Shown here one piece after another: positions 1 to 7,642 of a stretch of DNA of 11,570 nt (the first letter of the stretch is position 1; each line of letters begins with the position of its first letter). A program made the translations under genes and the position numbers. The notes beneath the pieces were generated by a model. The model did no database searches. It was not told the origin of the DNA and saw nothing but the letters and a program-made list of their open reading frames with translations. Source of the DNA: Candidatus Rifleibacteriota bacterium (GTDB lineage: Bacteria; Muiribacteriota; Ozemobacteria; Ozemobacterales; Ozemobacteraceae); assembly GCA_051747585.1 (NCBI GenBank), contig JBNJGH010000102.1, positions 1 to 11,570 on the forward strand, read 5' to 3'.

Positions 1-478
1 CTATCATCTGGTTTATCCTGATTCTATTCGTGAATCATATGCCACCGATCTGTTTCATGGTGAGTTCTTTCAGGCCCTCGAAGAAATTTACGGCTGGTCA
101 GAAAAAGGTATAGCTGCAAGGTGTAAAGCGGCCCTTCCACCGGAAAACTGGTCCGGAGACACTTTATGCACCAGATGGTATTCAGATCCTCTGGCGCTGG
201 ATTCAGCATACCAGCTCATGATTTTATGGACAACCAAAGCCCTTGGTGCTCCATCATTGCCGACCAGAAGTGCAAGCTACAGGCAATATTGCCGCAAATT
301 TCCCGAAAGAGTTCTAATAAGAGCTTCAGCCCAGCAAACAGGCGCCCATAGCGCCAGAGCAGAAATAGATTTTCTCGATGAAAACGAAAAGGTTCTGGCC
401 AGAATGCAGGGCTATGAATGCACTATAAACAATGCACTAACTGAAGCTTTTAAACACAGAAAAATACATGGAGCCTGA
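1..478 (+). CDS. pfaA: 3' end (partial) of PUFA synthase subunit A (PfaA/Pfa2-like), C-terminal PKS-type dehydratase domain
   Basis: Frame +2 is open from position 2 to TGA at 476-478: YHLVYPDSIRESYATDLFHGEFFQALEEIYGWSEKG...WYSDPLALDSAYQLMILW...APSLPT...IDFLDENEKVLARMQGYECT. LFHGxxFQ and DxxxQ (DSAYQ) are typical of the second half of the PKS-type DH at the PfaA C-terminus. It lies directly upstream of a pfaBC-like gene. The 218..478 ORF in the track is only its tail from an internal Met. Confidence 0.85.
   Translation, partial: YHLVYPDSIRESYATDLFHGEFFQALEEIYGWSEKGIAARCKAALPPENWSGDTLCTRWYSDPLALDSAYQLMILWTTKALGAPSLPTRSASYRQYCRKFPERVLIRASAQQTGAHSARAEIDFLDENEKVLARMQGYECTINNALTEAFKHRKIHGA
470..473 (+). 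promoter_or_regulatory. Shine-Dalgarno site for the 481 CDS
   Basis: GGAG 7 nt upstream of ATG 481, embedded in the last codons of the upstream gene. Confidence 0.65.
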
Positions 479-480
479 AA

Positions 481-3400
481 ATGAGTAAAAAAGCGTCCTG
501 CCCGAATAAACCTCTGGCAATTGCAATTACGGGTATTGGAGGTATTTTCCCGGGTTCAGAAAGTCTTGATCAATTCTGGAAAATGATTGAAGAGGGTCGC
601 ACTGCAATTGAAAAAGTGCCTGCGAACAGATGGCCCGAAGATGCAGAAAAGTATCATGATAAAACACCTGGAAAAGCAGACAAAGTTCTTTCGACAAATT
701 GCTGCGCAATAAAAAAAATTCCCGAAAATTACAAAAACCTGAATTTACCTTCTGACCTGTTAGAAAATCTCGATCCACTATTTAAAATCTCTCTTCAGGC
801 AGGACGCGACGCTTTTTACTCAACAAAAACCGAGAACCTCGACAAAAACAGAGTTTCGGTAATTCTTGCCAACATTGTGTTGCCAACAGACAGTACTTCC
901 GAAATAACCCGAAGATCTAACCTGGCAGCCTTATTGAAACTCGAAAATTCAAGCGCTGAAACATCAGAAAAAGAAAATTTTACCAAAGTTCATCCGTTAA
1001 ACAGGCTTTCTGCCGAACTTCCTGCCGGTCTTCTAGCCGCAGGGCTTGGTCTTGGCGGTGGCTGTTACACACTCGATGCAGCCTGCGCCTCGTCACTTTA
1101 TGCAATAAAACTTGCATGTGAGGAACTTGTTTCGCATAGAGCCGACGCAGTTTTGACAGGTGGTGTTTCAAGACCATCATCGCAATTCACTCAGATGGGC
1201 TTTTCTCAACTTAGAGCTCTTTCTCCAAGCGGAAATTGCCGTCCGTTCGACGCAAATGCCGATGGTTTGATTGTCGGTGAAGGCGCAGGCATGTTTATGC
1301 TCAAGCGCCTTGAAGATGCGGTTCAAGCCCAGGATCAAATTTATGGGGTAATACGAGGAATAGGTCTGGCAAACGATGTCGGCGGAAGCCTGCTTGCACC
1401 CGATTCCGAAGGCCAGTTAAGAGCAATGCGTGCCGCATATCAACAGGCAGGCTGGAGCCCTGAAGATGTTCAACTGGTAGAATGCCATGGTACCGGCACT
1501 CCAAAAGGTGATGAAGTAGAATTTACAAGTCTCAAAGAATTATGGGCTGAAACAGGGGCCAAAAATCCCTGCGTCATTGGCTCGGTTAAATCAAATGTGG
1601 GGCACCTTCTTACCGGAGCCGGAGCAGCAGGATTAATGAAGCTTCTTTTTGCTCTGCAAAACAAAAAGCTCCCCCCTGTGGCCAATTTTAATAAGCCAGA
1701 CCCTGCAATGAAAATCGATTCAACTTCTTTTAAGGTATTAAAACAGGCCCAAGACTGGATGGCTGCAGATGAAAGAACTCCCCGTCGCTGTGCTTTAAGC
1801 GCTTTTGGCTTTGGCGGAATAGACGGACATGTGCTCATCGAAGAATTCATGCCCGAACTTCATAAAAATGAAGTAAATAAAATTTTAAAACAAAAAAAAG
1901 TTACAATCGAAGAAAATGAAGAAATTGCAATAATAGGTATGGCAGCCTGCTCTGGCCAGGAATTTGACCAGTTCAAGCTGCAGCAGTCTTTAATTAATGA
2001 GCAGCCGACATTTTCAACGACAGGCGAAAATCAGCAATTTTCCTCTGATTTTCCCAAATGGGCTAAAACCGGTTCATATCTTAAAAATATTAAAATCCCT
2101 CTGGGTCGCTTTAGAATCAGCCCTAAAGAAATTCCCGAAATACTGCCCCAGCAACTTTTAATGTTGCAAACAGTAGATAATGCGGTTTCTAGCCTAAAAG
2201 GCAAAAAGCCCGATAAATTACGCTGGAGCGTTTGTATGGGTATAAATCTTGATTTGCAGAGCACCAACTTTGCTTCAAGATGGGCTATTGAAAAAGACGC
2301 CGAGAAACTTGAGCTTAACCGGTATCAAATCGAATCATTAAAAGACGCCCTTTCTGAACCTCTTAATAATACCCGAACTGTCGGGGCTTTAGGCGGTATT
2401 GTCGCCAGCCGCATCGCCCGTGAATTTCAATGTGGAGGTCCTTCTCATACCTTTTCTGCAGCAGAAAATTCCGGTCTTGCTGCTTTAGAAAGTGCTTGCA
2501 GAAGCCTTGAGCGAAACGAGGTCGATTGTTGCATTCTTGGCGCTGTTGACCTTAATGGCGATATACGTAACCTACTTACCGTCGATCAATTAAGAAAATT
2601 CAGCCGAAACGGTAAAATAGCACCATTTTCACCAGAAAGCACCGGGCCGGTTGCCGGCGAAGGTGCAGTTGCCTTCATCCTTAAAAGGAAAAAAGACGCC
2701 ATAAAAGATGGCGATAAAATTCATGCAATCATAAAAGGCCTGGGAAAAGCTTCTTCAACAAATTTTAATAACCAACAGGCCTCAATTGATGCAAACTTGC
2801 GAGCCATCAAGCAGGCCTGGCAGGAATCCGGTCTCTCTCCTGCCAACCTTGGCATTCTTGAAGCTAATGGCAGCGGTGATCGAAACGAAGACAGAATAGA
2901 AGCCGAGTCTTTTAACAGGTTTTTCCCAAAAAAATCAGATACCCCTGAAACCGATATTCAAAAGAATGACCAGTTATGTGCCTTAACCAGCAGTAAAACA
3001 GTTGTTGGCCATACAGGCGCAGCTGCCGGGTTGTTTTCTTTATTCCGTGCAACATTGGCTCTCTATCAACAGGTTATTCCAGCTTTTAAAAATGTTCTTT
3101 CAATTTGTGAACCCTTGAATGAAAGAAAAGATTTCTTTTTTACTCCATCAATGCCGCAATACTGGTTAAGAAACAGAGCTGCAGGTTTTCGGACTGCTGC
3201 TGTCAATTCCATGGGTATAGACGGCTCCTTTTATCATGTTGTTTTAAAAGAATTCGAAGATGAGCAAAACCTGAGCGAAAGTGTAAATAAAATAACAGCT
3301 GACGAGCGGGTGTTCCCGGCGGGTTATCCTGATGAGCAGCCTTTTATTATTGAAGGCAACAGTGTTAATGAATTGCGCGAGAAGCTTTCGGCTCTTGGCA

Positions 3401-6400
3401 ATCTTGAAGAAGATTCTTTAAGAATACTGGCCAAAAATTACCAGAAACAAACCAGAGCAATGCCAGATGCCGAATTATGCGTTTCTATTGTAGCTGCCGA
3501 CAAAGACTCACTCAAAAGCAGAATAAATAAAGCGATTCATCACCTTAACAATAATTCTCAACACCCCTTTAAAAACGATCCTGAAACTGCAGATAGAATA
3601 TTTTACAACCCGAAACCTCTGGGTAAAAACGCTAAAATTGTTTTCGCCTTTCCCGGTTCAGGTAATCACTATCTTGGAATGGGAGTCGAGCTTGGCTTAA
3701 GCTGGCCCGAATATTTAAGGCAACTCGATTGTCAATATGAGTTGCTGGCAGCTCAGTTTGCTCCCCGTCGTATGGTTCCCTGGCGACTGACCTGGGAAAA
3801 CGGCTGGCAGGAACAAGCCATGCAGGATTTGATCGATGATCATAACTCTCTGGTTTTTTCTCATGTTTCTACCTGTGCGCTGATAAGCGATATATTGCGC
3901 GGTTTCAAAGTTGAACCGCAAATAATTATGGGTTACAGCCTGGGCGAAACGGCGGGCAACTTTGCAACCCGCACCTGGCGGGATCGTGATGAAATGGTAA
4001 GAAGAATGCGCGTTTCAAATCTTTTTACCACCGAACTTATAAATGAATACAACGCGCCACGAAAACACTGGGGCCTGAGTCAGAATGAAAAAATTGAATG
4101 GGCATTGGGTCTCATTCATTGTTCTGCTGCGGAAGTGGGCAAAATTTCAGACAAGTATCCACAAACCTATGTATTAATAGAAAATACTCCCGGTGAATGT
4201 GTTATTGGCGGCAACAAACCACAGCTCGAAAAACTCATCAAAGAAATCGGCAAAGCTTATTTTCCGCTCGATGGTGTTTCTTCTGTTCACTGCGAAGCTG
4301 CCACACCGGCTGCCAAACAGTATCGCGATCTTCATCTTTACGACTGTTACCCGCCCGAAGAAATGAAATTTATAAGCAGTGCGCTTGGCAAAGTGTTTGT
4401 GCCTGAAAAGAATGCTTCGGCAGATTCTATTAAAGCCCAGTGCGTTGGCCCGATAAATTTCCCCGCATGCGTTGAAACCGCCTGGAACCAGGGTGGCAGA
4501 ATTTTTATTGAAACCGGACCTGGAAATTCAATGACAAGAATGATCAGCAGTATTCTTGCAGATCGCCCTCATTTTGCCAGACCCGCAATGGTAAGGGGTC
4601 AGAGTCAAACCTCAAGCATGGTGAGATTGTTGGCGAGCCTGGCTTCAGAAAGAGTAAACCTTGATTTAACTCAGTATTTTAATGACAGTTTAGTTGAAAC
4701 AATTGAACCGGAAACAACGAAACCTGTCATAGAAGTTAAGGCGAGAACCGGTTTTAACCCCGAAAAATTGAAAATTGTCGTTAAACCGACTGAATCAACC
4801 AAACCCGTATCAGAAAAAATATCCTGGCAGAAGCCAAAACTCAAACAGACTGTAGCAAACCATACCGGCAATAAAAAAGAGAAACCGGCAGATGCTGTAA
4901 GCGATTTTCGCGAAGAAATTATTCAAAACTTCGTCGCAGCCAGACAAGCAACAGCTAAGGCCCACGAAGCATTTTTAAGTTTCAGCCAGAATTTAACAAA
5001 TACCCAGCTCGGCATTTTAAATCAGCATCTAAACGCTTTACAAAATCTAGACCCGGAAACGGCAGAAAACTTTGAAGATGATTTTTCAGAAGAAACAACG
5101 CTTGAAGAAATAAATAACGCTGAAAAGCCTATTCAAGTCGCGCCGCTGCAGCCCGTCTACAAATTTTCGCGCAGCAGAAAAATGCCGGAGAAATTTAAAG
5201 GAGTGCCTGCATTAGATCATAAGGCCTCGATGGAATTTGCTACCGGAAAAATATCCAAGGCATTGGGGGATTTCTTTGCCGAAATTGACAATCACCCCAC
5301 CCGAGTTAGATTGCCCGATATTCCTCTAAACTTTGTTGACCGAATAATTACCATAGAAGGCGAAAAAGGCTCTCTTGGTCAGGGTCGAGTTGTTACCGAA
5401 CATGATGTTTATCCCGACACCTGGTATTTAGATAACGATTGTATGCCAACAGGTCTTGCCGTAGAGGCCGGACAGGCTGATCTTTTTCTTTCTTCATGGC
5501 TTGGCATAGATTTTAAAACCAAAGGCCTGGCTAAATATCGCCTTTTAGATGCAGTTGTAACCTTTCATGGTCCCCTGCCCCGACCCGGCGATACCATTCA
5601 TTACGATATAAGAGTCGAACGTTTTATAAGGCAAGCCGATACTTATTTGTTTTTCTTTGAATTCGACGGCTATATAGGTGCTCATCACCTGATAACCATG
5701 CGTAAAGGTTGTGCCGGTTTCTTTACCGATCAGCAACTCATTGATGGTAAAGGTATAGTTTTAACTGCCGAAGATACCAGACCCGAACCGGGAAAAGATC
5801 TGCCAGGTCGCGAATTATTGCCTGAAATGAAGATTGAATCTTTTGACCACCAGGCTCTGGAAGCATTAAGGCATGGCCGGCTCGAACAGGCGTTTGGGCC
5901 AAGGTTTAGCGGAATAAAGGTAAAACCGCACACCTTGCCCGACGGCCGAATGAAAATGATCGATCGCATTACTGAAATCAACCCGAAAGGTGGCCGCTTT
6001 GGTCTTGGACAAATAAAAGCCGAAATTGCAATTCCACCGGATGCCTGGTTTCTTACTCAGCATTTCTGCGATGATCCGGTTATGCCCGGAACTTTAATGT
6101 ATGAATCCTGTATGCAGTCTTTAAGAGTCTTTTTGATGCGAATGGGCTGGATCACCGACGAAACAGAAACGGCTTTCGAACCAGTTCTCGAAGTTCAAAG
6201 CCAGCTCAAATGCCGCGGACAGGTAATACCCGGAGTAAAGAAAGCTTTGTATGAAATTTCTATTAAAGAGCTGGGGTACAACCCTGAGCCCTATGCAATA
6301 GCCGATGCTCTTATGTTTGCCGATGGAAACCGTATCGTTCAGGTAACAGATATGAGTATCAGGTTGTCTGGTGCTGATCGCAAAATGATCGAAAGTCTCT

Positions 6401-7605
6401 GGAGCCCAAAGCCTGCTGCAAAAGTTTCAGGCAATCAACCAGTTGAAGCTTCTGCCGAAAAGAAACCGGCACTTTATACTGCAGATCAAATTCTCGAATA
6501 TGCAATAGGCAAGCCTTCAAAATGTTTTGGCGAGCAATTTAAAGTATTTGATGATCAGCGTTTTCTTGCCCGATTGCCTAATCCGCCATATCTGTTTGTC
6601 GATAGAATTACAGCAGTCGAAGCACCTTTTATGAAGGTTACGCCTGGCGGGCATGTTCAGGGGCAATTTGACATTGATCCTCAAGCCTGGTTTTTCAAAG
6701 CTAACCGTCAGAGCAGTATCCCATTTTCAGTCCTGTTAGAGTTTCCTTTGCAGGTTTGTGGCTGGTATTCATGTTATATGGGTTCAGCTTTTTCCGATGA
6801 TAAAGAACTTCATTACCGTAATCTGGATGGTACCGCTGTTCTTTATGAAGATATAAACCAGAATTCAGGCACCCTGACTGCAGATGTGTGGGCAACCAGA
6901 ACCGCCAATTCTGCGGGAATGTTGATTCAATCATTTAAATTCCTTGTGACTCGTAATAATAAAAAAGTTTATGAAGGCGACACAACCTTTGGTTTCTTTT
7001 CGGTGGATGCTCTGGCAAATCAGGTTGGTTTAAGAGGAATAGATATGTATGAACCTGATAATAATCAGAAAAAGAATGCAAGAACTCTTCCGTTCCCTGA
7101 TTTCAAACCTGAGTTGCCTGAAAGCGGCGACCCCGATGCCTTTAACGGCCTTATAATGCCGGCCAAAGCTTATAAAATGCTCGACAGCATTGACATATTT
7201 TTGCCTGAGGGCGGTCCTGATGGTCTGGGTTTTGTTAGAGGAACCAAAAAGGTTAACCCGCAAGACTGGTTCTTTAAAGCCCATTTTTACCAGGATCCCG
7301 TTATTCCGGGTTCGCTAGGCCTCGAATCATTCTTGCAGTTATTAAAAGCTGTAGCCATTGACAGGTGGCAACCACGTCTTGAAGGCAAAAAGTGCCATTT
7401 TCAACCCTTTACTCTAAAACAAAAACATGTCTGGTCTTATCGAGGTCAGGTTATTCCTTCAGATGATCTGGTAACTGTAGATGCCTGTATTACTGCTATC
7501 GATGACGAAAACTTTACCATTGTAGCCGATGGATTCTTGAGCGTCGACGGCAGGATTATTTACAGCATGAAAGATTTTTCCATAAAGGTTGATATTGAGG
7601 GTTAA
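481..7605 (+). CDS. pfaBC: PUFA synthase fused PfaB/PfaC-type (Pfa3-like) subunit, KS-CLF-AT-DH'-DH-DH'-DH, 2374 aa
   Basis: Active KS (DAAC202ASS, ECH336GTGT, GH375LL). Second KS-fold with Cys replaced by Glu (SAAE662NSG), i.e. a chain-length factor. AT with FPGSG, GYS1153LG and VH1270C. Two FabA-like DH domains (H1861FCDDPVMPGTLMYE, H2268FYQDPVIPGSLGLE), each preceded by a His-less pseudo-DH. Confidence 0.95.
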   Translation: MSKKASCPNKPLAIAITGIGGIFPGSESLDQFWKMIEEGRTAIEKVPANRWPEDAEKYHDKTPGKADKVLSTNCCAIKKIPENYKNLNLPSDLLENLDPLFKISLQAGRDAFYSTKTENLDKNRVSVILANIVLPTDSTSEITRRSNLAALLKLENSSAETSEKENFTKVHPLNRLSAELPAGLLAAGLGLGGGCYTLDAACASSLYAIKLACEELVSHRADAVLTGGVSRPSSQFTQMGFSQLRALSPSGNCRPFDANADGLIVGEGAGMFMLKRLEDAVQAQDQIYGVIRGIGLANDVGGSLLAPDSEGQLRAMRAAYQQAGWSPEDVQLVECHGTGTPKGDEVEFTSLKELWAETGAKNPCVIGSVKSNVGHLLTGAGAAGLMKLLFALQNKKLPPVANFNKPDPAMKIDSTSFKVLKQAQDWMAADERTPRRCALSAFGFGGIDGHVLIEEFMPELHKNEVNKILKQKKVTIEENEEIAIIGMAACSGQEFDQFKLQQSLINEQPTFSTTGENQQFSSDFPKWAKTGSYLKNIKIPLGRFRISPKEIPEILPQQLLMLQTVDNAVSSLKGKKPDKLRWSVCMGINLDLQSTNFASRWAIEKDAEKLELNRYQIESLKDALSEPLNNTRTVGALGGIVASRIAREFQCGGPSHTFSAAENSGLAALESACRSLERNEVDCCILGAVDLNGDIRNLLTVDQLRKFSRNGKIAPFSPESTGPVAGEGAVAFILKRKKDAIKDGDKIHAIIKGLGKASSTNFNNQQASIDANLRAIKQAWQESGLSPANLGILEANGSGDRNEDRIEAESFNRFFPKKSDTPETDIQKNDQLCALTSSKTVVGHTGAAAGLFSLFRATLALYQQVIPAFKNVLSICEPLNERKDFFFTPSMPQYWLRNRAAGFRTAAVNSMGIDGSFYHVVLKEFEDEQNLSESVNKITADERVFPAGYPDEQPFIIEGNSVNELREKLSALGNLEEDSLRILAKNYQKQTRAMPDAELCVSIVAADKDSLKSRINKAIHHLNNNSQHPFKNDPETADRIFYNPKPLGKNAKIVFAFPGSGNHYLGMGVELGLSWPEYLRQLDCQYELLAAQFAPRRMVPWRLTWENGWQEQAMQDLIDDHNSLVFSHVSTCALISDILRGFKVEPQIIMGYSLGETAGNFATRTWRDRDEMVRRMRVSNLFTTELINEYNAPRKHWGLSQNEKIEWALGLIHCSAAEVGKISDKYPQTYVLIENTPGECVIGGNKPQLEKLIKEIGKAYFPLDGVSSVHCEAATPAAKQYRDLHLYDCYPPEEMKFISSALGKVFVPEKNASADSIKAQCVGPINFPACVETAWNQGGRIFIETGPGNSMTRMISSILADRPHFARPAMVRGQSQTSSMVRLLASLASERVNLDLTQYFNDSLVETIEPETTKPVIEVKARTGFNPEKLKIVVKPTESTKPVSEKISWQKPKLKQTVANHTGNKKEKPADAVSDFREEIIQNFVAARQATAKAHEAFLSFSQNLTNTQLGILNQHLNALQNLDPETAENFEDDFSEETTLEEINNAEKPIQVAPLQPVYKFSRSRKMPEKFKGVPALDHKASMEFATGKISKALGDFFAEIDNHPTRVRLPDIPLNFVDRIITIEGEKGSLGQGRVVTEHDVYPDTWYLDNDCMPTGLAVEAGQADLFLSSWLGIDFKTKGLAKYRLLDAVVTFHGPLPRPGDTIHYDIRVERFIRQADTYLFFFEFDGYIGAHHLITMRKGCAGFFTDQQLIDGKGIVLTAEDTRPEPGKDLPGRELLPEMKIESFDHQALEALRHGRLEQAFGPRFSGIKVKPHTLPDGRMKMIDRITEINPKGGRFGLGQIKAEIAIPPDAWFLTQHFCDDPVMPGTLMYESCMQSLRVFLMRMGWITDETETAFEPVLEVQSQLKCRGQVIPGVKKALYEISIKELGYNPEPYAIADALMFADGNRIVQVTDMSIRLSGADRKMIESLWSPKPAAKVSGNQPVEASAEKKPALYTADQILEYAIGKPSKCFGEQFKVFDDQRFLARLPNPPYLFVDRITAVEAPFMKVTPGGHVQGQFDIDPQAWFFKANRQSSIPFSVLLEFPLQVCGWYSCYMGSAFSDDKELHYRNLDGTAVLYEDINQNSGTLTADVWATRTANSAGMLIQSFKFLVTRNNKKVYEGDTTFGFFSVDALANQVGLRGIDMYEPDNNQKKNARTLPFPDFKPELPESGDPDAFNGLIMPAKAYKMLDSIDIFLPEGGPDGLGFVRGTKKVNPQDWFFKAHFYQDPVIPGSLGLESFLQLLKAVAIDRWQPRLEGKKCHFQPFTLKQKHVWSYRGQVIPSDDLVTVDACITAIDDENFTIVADGFLSVDGRIIYSMKDFSIKVDIEG
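514..1848 (+). other. Ketosynthase domain (catalytically intact), approximate bounds
   Basis: IAITGIGGIFPG start, Cys at 1084-1086, His at 1486-1488, His at 1603-1605, and C-terminal SAFGFGGIDGHVLIEE. Confidence 0.9.
1921..3255 (+). other. Chain-length factor (inactive KS-like) domain, approximate bounds
   Basis: IAIIGM start and PQQLLML. TFSAAENSG aligns to TLDAACASS (Glu at 2464-2466). LEANGSG replaces ECHGTGT (Asn at 2866-2868). VGHTGAAAG is retained. Confidence 0.85.
3637..4665 (+). other. PfaB-type acyltransferase domain, approximate bounds
   Basis: IVFAFPGSGNHYLGMG, GYSLGE (Ser at 3937-3939), SSVHC (His at 4288-4290) and FIETGPG. Confidence 0.85.
5215..7602 (+). other. Four FabA-like hot-dog modules (pseudo-DH, DH, pseudo-DH, DH), approximate bounds
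   Basis: Repeated (F/M)xDRI-like motif in each module. WYLDNDCMPTGLAVE has no His. WFLTQHFCDDPVMPGTLMYE has His at 6061 and Glu at 6103. WFFKANRQSSIPFSVLLE has Asn at 6703 in place of His. WFFKAHFYQDPVIPGSLGLE has His at 7282 and Glu at 7324. Confidence 0.88.
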
Positions 7606-7642
7606 CTCTGCTATCCTTTCTCGAACTGGAACAGGTTTAACT

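Noticed and set aside
481..7605. Modular type I antibiotic PKS or heterocyst glycolipid synthase
   Set aside because: This protein has no ACP or KR, and the KS-CLF pair with tandem FabA-like DH domains is diagnostic of PUFA synthases.
7589..7642. 18-codon N-terminal extension of OleA from TTG 7589, overlapping the pfaBC end
   Set aside because: There is no properly spaced SD, the extension has no OleA-like character, and ATG 7643 gives a typical OleA start and length.
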